A stretch of DNA of 64,000 nucleotides from a virus, in IMG/VR virus record IMGVR_UViG_3300027741_000027, positions 64,001 through 128,000 of that record. One strand, 5' to 3'. The notes below the pieces were generated by a model. It made no database searches. It was not told where the DNA came from and was given only the letters and a program-made list of their open reading frames with translations. Of this stretch, positions 1 through 9,242 are shown in pieces. The position numbers and the translations under genes are program-made. Each line of letters begins with the position of its first letter. Position 1 is the first letter of the stretch.

Positions 1-336
1 AGTCTTATTCTTCTTAATCTTTTCGGTAATTGAATTACCAATATCAAGGCCAAGACCACCAGCAAGATCAAGAGTACGAATAACAATATCCGCAAGCTCC
101 TCTGTAAAATCCTGCTCCTGCTGTGCAGTCATGTAATTAAAGTTTGGCCCTTCAATACCTTCATATTCCTCACGATGAACCTTAAGGGCTTCGCTCACTT
201 CGTCACCAATAAGGGCGAGCTTAACTGGAACAATGGCAAAAGGACTAATATCCTCAATATGCCAAAAACCCTTCTCATCTGAAATCTCGCAAACTTCTGC
301 GGACAACTCATTAATCTTCTTACCTAACTTTGACAT
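1..336 (-). CDS. MazG-like nucleotide pyrophosphohydrolase (3' end truncated by window)
   Basis: Not in the ORF track. Manual translation from ATG 336: MSKLGKKINELSAEV...KLALIGDEVSEALKVHR...DFTEELADIVIRTLDLAGG. The ExxE and EELAD motifs match the MazG/NTP-PPase family. Start overlaps the stop of 336..626. Confidence 0.85.
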   Translation of the reverse strand, partial: MSKLGKKINELSAEVCEISDEKGFWHIEDISPFAIVPVKLALIGDEVSEALKVHREEYEGIEGPNFNYMTAQQEQDFTEELADIVIRTLDLAGGLGLDIGNSITEKIKKNKT

Positions 337-626
337 TACTTTCCTTCCATGGGCAAGGGTTGCCCATAGTGTAGCTGATTAAAATTCAAATCATCTGGGG
401 CAATTGGCTCCAGATCATCGCCCCGAAGGGCATCCATTACTTTACGAACTAAATAAGGATCATCGACAGCATCATGATCCCTATCTGTCAGTCTCCATCC
501 CCCATCAATGCGATAAACATAACCTTGCTGATCGCATTCTTCATTACCGTCAATATAAGCCTCATCCATATAAGGATCGTAGGCCCAATGATGGTAAATT
601 TTGTGCTGTTCGGGAATTTCCTTCAT
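336..626 (-). CDS. hypothetical protein
   Basis: 96 aa ORF, translationally coupled to neighbours. Confidence 0.7.
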   Translation of the reverse strand: MKEIPEQHKIYHHWAYDPYMDEAYIDGNEECDQQGYVYRIDGGWRLTDRDHDAVDDPYLVRKVMDALRGDDLEPIAPDDLNFNQLHYGQPLPMEGK

Positions 627-627
627 A

Positions 628-864
628 CTAATTATTTGCTAGCTTTTCAGCCTTTTCATAATTAGCCATAGACAAATGACGAAGGCCAGTTGACTTAACT
701 AGTTCATCAAACATCTTACCACATGTCGTACACTTGTAATAATACGTGCGCGTAGTAAGAGTGTAATCGTATTTTTTGGCCGTATGAAAATCTTGAGAAT
801 GTAGAGTTAAACCCTCGCCACACTCAAGACAATTAAACTTATCATTAGGCATATTAACTCGCAA
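628..864 (-). CDS. small Zn-ribbon protein
   Basis: CLECGE...CTTCGK pairs. Confidence 0.65.
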   Translation of the reverse strand: MRVNMPNDKFNCLECGEGLTLHSQDFHTAKKYDYTLTTRTYYYKCTTCGKMFDELVKSTGLRHLSMANYEKAEKLANN

Positions 865-998
865 TCAGTTGGGATTCTAATACATACTTGTAACTGTGAA
901 AATCCTTTGAACCACAATTTTGACAAATGGCAACGCCATCTCTAATTTTCAGTCCACAATCTCCACAGTTAACAATCTTAATTGACTTAGGAGGATTC

Positions 999-1283
999 TT
1001 AGGCATTTGGATCTACTACAAGCTCCTCAACTACGGGTTGAGTTGCATCAATGGCATCCACAATATCCTGAGCTTCCTTAGAAAACTTGGTCCTAGACGC
1101 TGCAATCTTGCGAATAAAGTCAATCTGAGACTCTGAAGAAACATAAGTCAAATCAGTGCCACTGGAATCAGAAATCTGAGACTCTAAATCAGCGATCCTC
1201 TGATAAGCCCTAACTAATTCTTCAGCCTTAGTTGAGTTCTGAGACTCTAAAAAGCGAATGGTTTGTTCTGTAGCAACATCCAT
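999..1283 (-). CDS. hypothetical protein
   Basis: 94 aa, start overlaps stop of 1283..1594. Confidence 0.7.
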   Translation of the reverse strand: MDVATEQTIRFLESQNSTKAEELVRAYQRIADLESQISDSSGTDLTYVSSESQIDFIRKIAASRTKFSKEAQDIVDAIDATQPVVEELVVDPNA

Positions 1284-1594
1284 TACTTCTTGATCTCCTC
1301 AATGGTCTTAGCAACCTTGTCAACCTCATCCTGACTTGTAGGAATTACGATGTTAGAGCCTTCGGGAAGCTCATTAGCTGCGTCAGTAGCCTTCTGGAAA
1401 AACTCCAAAGCCTGACTGCGAGTAAGCTGAAAACGGTAGCTGCCGCTGGGTACGCGCAGGGGATTACCATCTGGTCCCTGAATTGGGAATGTCATTCCGG
1501 CAACAAAAACAAGCTCAAGAACGCCTTCCTTGCCAGCCTCTACGTCAACATTGCCAACGCTAGCTCCAACCAACTCTACTGTTGTATCAAACAC
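1283..1594 (-). CDS. hypothetical protein
   Basis: 103 aa ORF with strong codon bias (GCT/GGT/AAG). Confidence 0.75.
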   Translation of the reverse strand: MFDTTVELVGASVGNVDVEAGKEGVLELVFVAGMTFPIQGPDGNPLRVPSGSYRFQLTRSQALEFFQKATDAANELPEGSNIVIPTSQDEVDKVAKTIEEIKK

Positions 1595-1663
1595 TATATT
1601 TCTCTTTTCTTTGTTAATTTGTACTCAACTGAGTGCGTATAATGTAGCAGATAATTATTTGAT

Positions 1664-1696
1664 TTGCAAATCGGTCAAAAGTGTGTATACTGACCG
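1664..1696 (+). promoter_or_regulatory. sigma70-type promoter with overlapping inverted repeat
   Basis: TTGCAA-N16-TATACT; CGGTCA (1672-1677) and TGACCG (1691-1696) flank the -10 box. Confidence 0.55.
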
Positions 1697-1736
1697 TGTG
1701 CTACAAAGCACTCCATATAATAAAGGAGCGATTTAA

Positions 1737-1928
1737 ATGAAAAAGAAGAATGTTGCATTTAAGGACAAGGGTCCCAAAGATGATGGTAGTCGCTGGCTTG
1801 TCATTGGCGAGGACGGACGACCTGTATATCAAGGCAAGGGTGTCAAGAAGTCTGATGCAGAGATGCTTGCTAGTCATCTAGTACAATCTGCTACACTTGA
1901 GATGATTGTACCTCCGACAGAAGGTTAA
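1737..1928 (+). CDS. hypothetical protein
   Basis: AAGGAG RBS upstream; 63 aa. Confidence 0.75.
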   Translation: MKKKNVAFKDKGPKDDGSRWLVIGEDGRPVYQGKGVKKSDAEMLASHLVQSATLEMIVPPTEG

Positions 1929-1930
1929 TA

Positions 1931-2350
1931 ATGCAAACATTTGTACCATATGATGATTTTGAGCTTTGTGCCATGACGCTTGATAATAAGCGCCTTAATA
2001 AACAACGCATTGAGTCATTTCAAATCCTACGCGCTATTACTGATGATACTTACGGTTGGCAAAGTCACCCTGCTACAAATATGTGGCGTGGTTATGTTGG
2101 CGGCCTTGTATCTTACAGTCTTGCAATATGTCGTGAATGGCGTTTGCGTGATGGTGCTGACAATACTGACCTTGAGGGTCGCATTGCAGCATTTGGTGCA
2201 GATGACAGGCTTCCAGCATGGTGGGGTGATGAGCGTGTGCATGAATCGCACCGCTCTAACCTCTACCATAAGGAACCAACTTGGTATGAGCAGTTTTGGA
2301 TTAATCTGCCAGAGCTACCATACTTCTGGCCAACTAAAGAAGGCTACTGA
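1931..2350 (+). CDS. pyrimidine dimer DNA glycosylase / endonuclease V family (MSMEG_6728-like)
   Basis: MQTFVPY...LDNKRLNKQRIESFQIL...GWQSHPATNMWRGY...LPAWWGDERVHESHRSNL...LPYFWP signature. Confidence 0.9.
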   Translation: MQTFVPYDDFELCAMTLDNKRLNKQRIESFQILRAITDDTYGWQSHPATNMWRGYVGGLVSYSLAICREWRLRDGADNTDLEGRIAAFGADDRLPAWWGDERVHESHRSNLYHKEPTWYEQFWINLPELPYFWPTKEGY

Positions 2351-5300
2351 GTCCAGTCAGAAGGAATTGTAAGGTCGCCCGGATCATCTGGGTGTTCTAT
2401 TTTACATATTGGGCACCAAGGGTATGTTTCTTCCTGTAGGTTGCCCAGTTCTTCTGCTGTAAAATCAGTCATATACATTTGGGTCAAAAGGTCGTGCTTG
2501 CCCTCTTCGTGGTCGAAACGCTCTGATTCTTTAATGTCTTCTGCAATAGAGTTATAGATTTGAGGCCAATCGACCTTAGATTCATCAATGATGCTTGCTG
2601 TTTCATCTGCCCTTGGATCCATGCCAAAAATTTCATCAAAGCCTTCAGTAAGAGCCTGACCACCTTCGCTCATATGTTCCCGTCCCGTTGGGCGCTCATC
2701 ATAAGGAATATCATTCCATTCTTGAGCGTCTTCTAAAGCTTGTTTATTATGAGGGGCGATGACCGCCTGTGTTGCCCAAATAGCAAACTCGTTAAGCGGA
2801 GTAAAGTTCTTAACCATTTCCCTTGATTGCATGTAATGATTGTATTCATTGTCAATCATTACTTTGGTATTCCAAGTTTCCCAATTGGTTGAACCCTGAT
2901 GATCTGCTGTTTTTCCAATTCTAAGCCATTGTCCGTTATATGACTGCCACCATTTGCCTTCACCGTCTAACATAACGATTCGATTATCAATTTGAACTGG
3001 CGTGTTAATTGGAACCCCGGTTTCTAAACCGTAATCTTGCTCTTGCTGCTGTGGAATTTCAACCTGTGGCTTAGGCTCATTTTCCCACGCCGGATCAACC
3101 CTGCGCCAATAGTTTTTTGCATCATTAGGATCCATTAACCCTTTTTCAAAAATATCTTGCTTTCTTTGTTCAAATTGAACATCTCTTTTAGTTGGGAGCG
3201 GTTGTTTTCTGCCGAATAACTCTTCATATTCTTGTGCAAATTCGGGATCAGATAAATCGGGCGCAATGATATTTTCATTTTCATCAAATTCCATTAATTC
3301 ATGACCGGTCAAAAGATTGTCAATGCCTAGGGCGCCTCCCATTTCACTGCCAAAGCTATATTTGCCTTCACTGTCAGCGGTCATTCCAAGGACTTTAATC
3401 ATTTTATTGGGATCATTATCAAAAAAATTTAACAGCCTTTCTTCGTCGCCCTCTTTAAACGCCATATTTAAATTATTCATATGACCGCCATTTTCAATAA
3501 GTTTTTCAATAAGAAACACAACTAGATCTAAACTAATGTCATTAGCTATTTCGTGTTGCGTTTTGTGGGGCAGATTATTTGGATCCAATGTAATTGTTTC
3601 ACTTGAAGTTTGAACGCCTTGGGCCATTGCTGCGTCTAGTCCCGCCCACCAACTCATAATTGCCGCCTCGGTGTTTTTAGCCACCCAACCAGAAACTGGC
3701 TTAGAAACATAAAACGGATTTTGGTTTTGAGATAAAACTAGTTTTTGACGTTCGTATTTCTCCCTATCTTTTTTTAAAGTATTTGGGCGTTTGATGTAAT
3801 CTCTATGTAACTTTGGAGGTTTTTGCTTACGGAATTTATTTCGAATAGACCAAGAGAAACTAGTCTCGCCCGGATTTTCCTCGCTATACGGCGTGTTCCC
3901 TCTTTCAAGAAGCGTTTCATCAGAGGGCATTTCTGCATCAATGACAGACCAATTTTCTAATTTTGGAACGTCAAATCTTCTTTCTATTTTTCTCTTCTTT
4001 AAAAGTCGCTCAGCTTGCTCGGGACCTAATTTTTCTTTTATGCGTTCTACTTCAACCGGCGACCATTGTTTAAACTTATCGGTTCGGTAATCTCTTATTC
4101 TTTGAACCATGTCATTGGCAATACCTACTTTAATTGTTGATCCAGATTGAAATGCATAAACATAATATTGATCATTAAAATCTACCGCTCTTTTTGTAAA
4201 CATAGCGTCGCGATCATCTAAATTTGATCTAAATCTTTGTTCTAGAATAGTTGATCGCCTTGAACCTGATTGCGACAACAATTCTTTTTCGCTATCAGTC
4301 ATTGGCAGATTGGGGAATTTTTCAATTATCTTTTGTTCTAATTTTGCCATAAAATCATCATAATCAAAATTAGAAATAGAGCCTCCCTGTGCTTCTCTTT
4401 CTTCCTCAACTAAATTTTTAATTATAATCGGCAACCTTTCATTGTACGCTTTTTGTAATTTAGGATTTTTTAACTTTTCTTCGTTGCGGACTTTTATTTT
4501 AGACAAATCAGCAGTAAGCGTTCGATATAAAGAACTTTGTTCATTTATACCCATCTCTTGATATCTTCTTTTAAGAACATTTCTAATTTGTTCTTCAACT
4601 TGAGGACGACTTAAAGTCAAAACGCCATTATGCTTTTTTATATCCGCATTAACTATTTCTTTTACTAATTGAGAAACGTTGTTTTCTCTCATAAATTTAA
4701 TTTCTTCTTTAGTCCTAGCTCTTTTCAATCCCTGACTGAAATTGTCATGCATTTGACGGAACCTTGTTTTTAAAATATAAAATTCATTTTCGTTTAATCC
4801 GAGAGACTCGGCAAATACCCTTGACAAAATTTTAACTGATAATGGGGCAAAAGACGCATTACTTTGACTACGCATGTTTTCTAAATACTTTGAAATAATC
4901 TGTCTGACCGATTTTGTGGTAACGAGACTGTACAGATTTTCTAAATACTTGATTTCATCCTTATTAAAATAAGGGCTTCCATCTTCATTTTTTAATAGCT
5001 TTACATCATTAATATTTTGCCCATGACTGATGTTAGACATTTTTTCAAAGAAAATGTTTTTTGCGTTGCTATTAGCGCTTGTTATAAATTTCCAAGACCC
5101 CGCCCTAATGCCAGCCTTATCATTACGACCATTTAATTCATACCATTTCATGGCAGACTCTTGGTCATCAACGTCCTCTTGGGTATATCCTTCAGGATAC
5201 GCCTGAGGATATTCTTGAGACAATTCATTGAAATTCCACAGGGTTTGTTGATTAGGGTTAATTTCTTGATTTTGAATTTGACCTTGTTCTAACACCGAAC

Positions 5301-6696
5301 TTGCTTCTGGTTGATTATTTAAACCTAATTCTTGACCAAATTCACCAGAAAACATTTGATCAAAATTTTCATCGCTAATATTAAAGTTAGACTGCAACCA
5401 TTCTTTACCATACTCACCAAGATCTGGAGCCTTACCGCCATTGTTAGCCATAACGCCAATAAAATATGCAATAAGATCAGGAGTAATTCCGGCACTATTG
5501 GCCATAGGAATAGATTCGCACATGTGAAGAACTTTTTCTTCCTCTCCCTGTTCATTTTTAATTACAGGGAGCGTTTTTCCTTTTTGTTCTCCAATGGGAG
5601 AGGTCTGAATCATGCAGTCATCTCTGCACCAGTTAATAATCCGCGCTTCAATAACTTCAGCCGTCTTTTTCTTCATTTCGGGACTGACATAATGAATGAT
5701 CTCGCCCTGTTCATCTGCGGATCGAACAATTTTTCTATTGCGCCCATATGGAGTTGTATGATAAAACTGGTTTAGATGCTGCGGACTAAATTGTTGATCA
5801 AAAAACAGTGTTGATTGTCCTCCGGGACCTTCAATAGGAATTTCTCGCAATTCGTCTGGATCGGTATGCCATTGCCATTCCGGATTATTTTTAAATTGTT
5901 TTCTGTTCTGTTGTTTGTATCCCTGTTGGCGCGTTTTAAATCCATTTCCGGTAATGCCAACTTTAATTGCTACTGGAGAAGTAATAACATAAAGAATATG
6001 CGGACGGTCATCCATTGGAATTTTCTTTTGTGCCTTACCCCCAACAATTGTTTTTTGAAAATAATTCCAAACTAATTTTGGATCTGTATCAGGGTCAATG
6101 TATTCTATACGCTCGCTGGGGTCTTCAACTTCTTCTTTGTTGTATTTATGCATAGCCTCGTTATATTTTTCAATGCAACCTTCAAAGATATTTTTAAAAC
6201 GTTGATAATCTCCGTCATGAAGACTTTCATACAAACCGTTGCCCCAACCTTCAGGAAAAGCAGGTTGAAATCCGGTTTCATACATATCGGTATCTATCTC
6301 TTCAGCAATAAACATTACAAAGTTTGCTAGAGCTTTGTCTCTCCATCTTTTAACTCCCTTGGCAACGGGATTTTCCCATTCATAATCATCTTCAGAAGAA
6401 GAATGAGTAGATCCAGCCCTAATTCCAGCCTTATCATCCCTAAAAGGATCAAGAGGGAAGTTCTTAATAGGCTCTGATACACTATTGGGCCAATCACAAA
6501 GGGGGCAGCGACCATCAACAAGGTTGTTCTGATTGCAAGTTTTGCAAGGAGTGTCAGATTCCTTGCCCTTGCCTTCAGGGTATCCTCCGCCGGGGCGGGC
6601 TACATTTGGATAATGGTCGGGCTGAACAGCTTTGCCGGATGAATCATCTTCTCCCCAATCGGAGTCCGGCTTATGACTAAAATTCCAAAGGCTCAT
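2344..6696 (-). CDS. 1450 aa modular protein with two GIY-YIG-like (T5orf172) domains and Zn ribbons
   Basis: LYVITSPVAIKVGIT...R..GY and YVYAFQSGSTIKVGIA...R..DY; CKTC/CPLC at the N-terminus, CPIC at the C-terminus. Confidence 0.7.
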   Translation of the reverse strand: MSLWNFSHKPDSDWGEDDSSGKAVQPDHYPNVARPGGGYPEGKGKESDTPCKTCNQNNLVDGRCPLCDWPNSVSEPIKNFPLDPFRDDKAGIRAGSTHSSSEDDYEWENPVAKGVKRWRDKALANFVMFIAEEIDTDMYETGFQPAFPEGWGNGLYESLHDGDYQRFKNIFEGCIEKYNEAMHKYNKEEVEDPSERIEYIDPDTDPKLVWNYFQKTIVGGKAQKKIPMDDRPHILYVITSPVAIKVGITGNGFKTRQQGYKQQNRKQFKNNPEWQWHTDPDELREIPIEGPGGQSTLFFDQQFSPQHLNQFYHTTPYGRNRKIVRSADEQGEIIHYVSPEMKKKTAEVIEARIINWCRDDCMIQTSPIGEQKGKTLPVIKNEQGEEEKVLHMCESIPMANSAGITPDLIAYFIGVMANNGGKAPDLGEYGKEWLQSNFNISDENFDQMFSGEFGQELGLNNQPEASSVLEQGQIQNQEINPNQQTLWNFNELSQEYPQAYPEGYTQEDVDDQESAMKWYELNGRNDKAGIRAGSWKFITSANSNAKNIFFEKMSNISHGQNINDVKLLKNEDGSPYFNKDEIKYLENLYSLVTTKSVRQIISKYLENMRSQSNASFAPLSVKILSRVFAESLGLNENEFYILKTRFRQMHDNFSQGLKRARTKEEIKFMRENNVSQLVKEIVNADIKKHNGVLTLSRPQVEEQIRNVLKRRYQEMGINEQSSLYRTLTADLSKIKVRNEEKLKNPKLQKAYNERLPIIIKNLVEEEREAQGGSISNFDYDDFMAKLEQKIIEKFPNLPMTDSEKELLSQSGSRRSTILEQRFRSNLDDRDAMFTKRAVDFNDQYYVYAFQSGSTIKVGIANDMVQRIRDYRTDKFKQWSPVEVERIKEKLGPEQAERLLKKRKIERRFDVPKLENWSVIDAEMPSDETLLERGNTPYSEENPGETSFSWSIRNKFRKQKPPKLHRDYIKRPNTLKKDREKYERQKLVLSQNQNPFYVSKPVSGWVAKNTEAAIMSWWAGLDAAMAQGVQTSSETITLDPNNLPHKTQHEIANDISLDLVVFLIEKLIENGGHMNNLNMAFKEGDEERLLNFFDNDPNKMIKVLGMTADSEGKYSFGSEMGGALGIDNLLTGHELMEFDENENIIAPDLSDPEFAQEYEELFGRKQPLPTKRDVQFEQRKQDIFEKGLMDPNDAKNYWRRVDPAWENEPKPQVEIPQQQEQDYGLETGVPINTPVQIDNRIVMLDGEGKWWQSYNGQWLRIGKTADHQGSTNWETWNTKVMIDNEYNHYMQSREMVKNFTPLNEFAIWATQAVIAPHNKQALEDAQEWNDIPYDERPTGREHMSEGGQALTEGFDEIFGMDPRADETASIIDESKVDWPQIYNSIAEDIKESERFDHEEGKHDLLTQMYMTDFTAEELGNLQEETYPWCPICKIEHPDDPGDLTIPSDWTQ

Positions 6697-6714
6697 GTAA
6701 ATTAAGGGCGGGGA

Positions 6715-6743
6715 TTGAGACGTTCGATAGGATCTGCTAAACT
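6715..6743 (+). promoter_or_regulatory. sigma70-type promoter of the thyX operon
   Basis: TTGAGA-N17-TAAACT with extended -10 TG. Confidence 0.65.
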
Positions 6744-6771
6744 ACAATGACTGTTAACTAGAAAGGGCATT

Positions 6772-7038
6772 ATGTTCAGACGTTTTATTAATTATATCAA
6801 AAATCGTGGACTTTGTTTTACCTCAGCGTCTCCGTCTAACAAAGTACTTCTTGCAATTTGTTCCGACCTTGACGTTGCACGTATTACGACTCCATATGGC
6901 GACGACCTAATAGATGGCATTGATAATATCGTTGCCGGTCTTACAGCGGCTTACAAGAGCGCTCAGGACAAGGGTGATGATGTTGTAATGGCAGAGATTC
7001 ACAGCATTAAGCATGAGATTATGAAGCAGGCAGCATGA
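6772..7038 (+). CDS. hypothetical protein
   Basis: 88 aa, GAAAGG RBS, ATGA overlap with thyX. Confidence 0.7.
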   Translation: MFRRFINYIKNRGLCFTSASPSNKVLLAICSDLDVARITTPYGDDLIDGIDNIVAGLTAAYKSAQDKGDDVVMAEIHSIKHEIMKQAA

Positions 7039-7709
7039 TCAAGGTATTTCCCCCGCACGGGTGGGTAGATCTAGAAATGCACAGTGGGTCAGACCTAAGT
7101 GTAGTTAATGCCGCCAAGGTATCATTTGCCAAGCAATCAGATGGATTTGGCGAGGACGAAAAGCGAGTGCTTAACTTCCTGCTTAGGGAAAAGCATGGCA
7201 GCCCATTTGAGCATAACTTCTTCAAGTTTCATGTACGCGCTCCCATCTTTGTTGTTCGTGAATGGCAAAGACATCGCATTGGATTTTCATACAATGAGGA
7301 GTCGGGGCGCTACAGCGAGCTAAGGCCAGATTTTTATGTGCCAGAGGAAGCTCGTATTCAGGAAGGTCGCCCCGGAGCATATGTATTTGAAGATGGCGAT
7401 GATGCGCAAACAGAGCAGATTCGTACCGCTGTAATGATGAACTCTAAAAACGCATTTAAATACTATGAGGATCTGCTAAACTCTGGCATTGCAAAAGAGC
7501 AAGCAAGGATTGTATTGCCGCTTAATACATATACAGAGTTTTACTTCAGTTGTAATGCAAGAAGTCTTATGAACTTCTTAGAGCTTCGTATGTCATCTCA
7601 TGCAATGTATGAGATTAGAAAATACGCTGAAGCGATTTATAAACTTTGGAAAGATGCTATGCCGCATACTGCGGAGGCATTTGAGACACATGGGTTTATT
7701 GCCCCCTAA
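7035..7709 (+). CDS. thyX: FAD-dependent thymidylate synthase ThyX
   Basis: HGSPFEH, APIFVVREWQRHRIGFSYNEESGRY (RHRxxxxxxxS motif), EQARIVLP, NARSLMNFLELR. Confidence 0.97.
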   Translation: MIKVFPPHGWVDLEMHSGSDLSVVNAAKVSFAKQSDGFGEDEKRVLNFLLREKHGSPFEHNFFKFHVRAPIFVVREWQRHRIGFSYNEESGRYSELRPDFYVPEEARIQEGRPGAYVFEDGDDAQTEQIRTAVMMNSKNAFKYYEDLLNSGIAKEQARIVLPLNTYTEFYFSCNARSLMNFLELRMSSHAMYEIRKYAEAIYKLWKDAMPHTAEAFETHGFIAP

Positions 7710-7722
7710 CAAAGGAGAACTA

Positions 7723-7989
7723 ATGGAAATTAAGAAGATTGATCGTTCTGAATTAGAAGGATTTGCAGAGCTTATAAAACCAGCAAGGCGCACAGAAAGT
7801 ATTTGCGCTTGCAGTGAAATTTTGTCTACGCCATCGGCTCAAGCAAAAATTCTTGACGCCCTTGCTCATAATGCACAAAGGCTTTCAAAACTTGGTGCAG
7901 AAACGCATGATGATTATTATGCCAATAACGCAGAAGAAAACAGGAAATTGTGGAAGGAACTTCGCATTGCATTTGGGCTAGATAATTAA
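7723..7989 (+). CDS. hypothetical protein (Cys-containing)
   Basis: AAGGAG RBS at 7712 places the start at ATG 7723 rather than 7600. Confidence 0.7.
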   Translation: MEIKKIDRSELEGFAELIKPARRTESICACSEILSTPSAQAKILDALAHNAQRLSKLGAETHDDYYANNAEENRKLWKELRIAFGLDN

Positions 7990-8101
7990 AGCTATATTTT
8001 AACTGACTTAGCAAGGTTAATTTATACACATAGCGCATTGGAACAACCGTCCGGGGATTGCTCTGGCAGGCCAATGGCACAAAGAAAGTAAAAGGAAATA
8101 T

Positions 8102-9046
8102 ATGTCTTATCCATATAACGCTCTAGCCGTACTCGGTGGATTTGGTGTTACACTAAGCCAAACAACCATTGCTAAGGATACCGTAACAGTCACATCTGGT
8201 ATCTATGATGATCGTAATGTTCTAAGTGATGCATCGTATGTTTATGTTGCAGGTGCAGCCGTTTCAACAGCGGCGATTACTCTTGCAGCCACTGGTTACA
8301 AGCGTATCGACCTCGTTGTTTATGAAACATCAACAGCTAATACCAAGGGTTTCAAGGTTGTAACAGGTACTGCGGTTTTGGCCGCAGCCACCGCCGTTGC
8401 TCCACAGCCTACTAATACTCAGGTTGCCATTGCACAGATTCCTGTCACTGCCGCAGCTATTGGTAGTCCGATTGATGCACGTTGTTTCCCATCATACATT
8501 GCCGTTCGTGCGTTTAATCGCTCGCAGGCAGTTCGTATTGGTGGTCAGAAGGTTCTTACGGGAGCTAGTAGCTACATTGATACTGATGATCCAAAGGTTC
8601 GTAAAGAGCTTGCTTATCACTCATCGATTGGTGCGGTTTATACTACCGGACCCGTTTCAAACTCTGGTAATGGTGTTTCAGTAAGAAATAACACTGGCCT
8701 TAAGGTCACATTGACTTACTCCTCACCTAACTTCACTGCTGCTGTTGCCGCTGGTGAAATTTTTAACCGTGAGACCTCTACTATTACTACCGTTACAGGT
8801 GCAAATGCTACTACTACTGGCCTTGTTGCCGGAACAGGTAACCTTCGTGCCGACATTGTTTGGGTTGACAACTATGACGCTTCCGTTGGTGTAACAGCAG
8901 GAACTGCTGCTGCTACCGGAACTCAGGTTGTTCCATTCTCAAGCGTACCTGCTAATAAGACCCCGATTGCTGTTATTATTTACCCAGCAGCGGCTTCTGC
9001 TGCATCTGATGCGACTGTCATTGACATTCGTCCATTAAACAGCTAG
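8102..9046 (+). CDS. putative virion structural protein with duplicated domain
   Basis: A/T/V/G-rich. Two copies of R[IA]D[LI]V..G.A...P...[IA]A.I....ID.R; highly expressed codon usage. Confidence 0.6.
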   Translation: MSYPYNALAVLGGFGVTLSQTTIAKDTVTVTSGIYDDRNVLSDASYVYVAGAAVSTAAITLAATGYKRIDLVVYETSTANTKGFKVVTGTAVLAAATAVAPQPTNTQVAIAQIPVTAAAIGSPIDARCFPSYIAVRAFNRSQAVRIGGQKVLTGASSYIDTDDPKVRKELAYHSSIGAVYTTGPVSNSGNGVSVRNNTGLKVTLTYSSPNFTAAVAAGEIFNRETSTITTVTGANATTTGLVAGTGNLRADIVWVDNYDASVGVTAGTAAATGTQVVPFSSVPANKTPIAVIIYPAAASAASDATVIDIRPLNS

Positions 9047-9065
9047 CAGTTAGCATTAACTAATG

Positions 9066-9100
9066 ATAAGGGCCGCTATATGCGGCCCTTATTTATTTTT
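9066..9100. terminator. bidirectional rho-independent terminator
   Basis: ATAAGGGCCGC-TATAT-GCGGCCCTTAT perfect 11 bp stem plus T tract, between convergent genes. Confidence 0.85.
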
Positions 9101-9242
9101 GCTTAATATGCCAAGCCTTGCATTTGCGGCATTTGAAAAAATCCCATCTGCCAATATGATTAAATGCTTCATAAGCGGCAGCATAAGCGGACGCATATTT
9201 AATTCCGCACTTGCGGCCTTTAAATGCTTGGATGATGCCCAT
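9093..9242 (-). CDS. 49 aa small Zn-binding protein (not in ORF track)
   Basis: MGIIQAFKGRKCGIKYASAYAAAYEAFNHIGRWDFFKCRKCKAWHIKQK; C...C-x2-C-x3-H pattern typical of small phage proteins. Confidence 0.6.
   Translation of the reverse strand: MGIIQAFKGRKCGIKYASAYAAAYEAFNHIGRWDFFKCRKCKAWHIKQK

Noticed and set aside
2344-6696. Free-standing homing endonuclease or mobile element
   Set aside because: The GIY-YIG-like domains are embedded in duplicate in a large multidomain ORF, with no NUMOD repeats or interrupted host gene.
8030-8090. Riboswitch upstream of the structural gene
   Set aside because: Only a 6 bp CATTGG/CCAATG pairing was found, with no recognisable aptamer.
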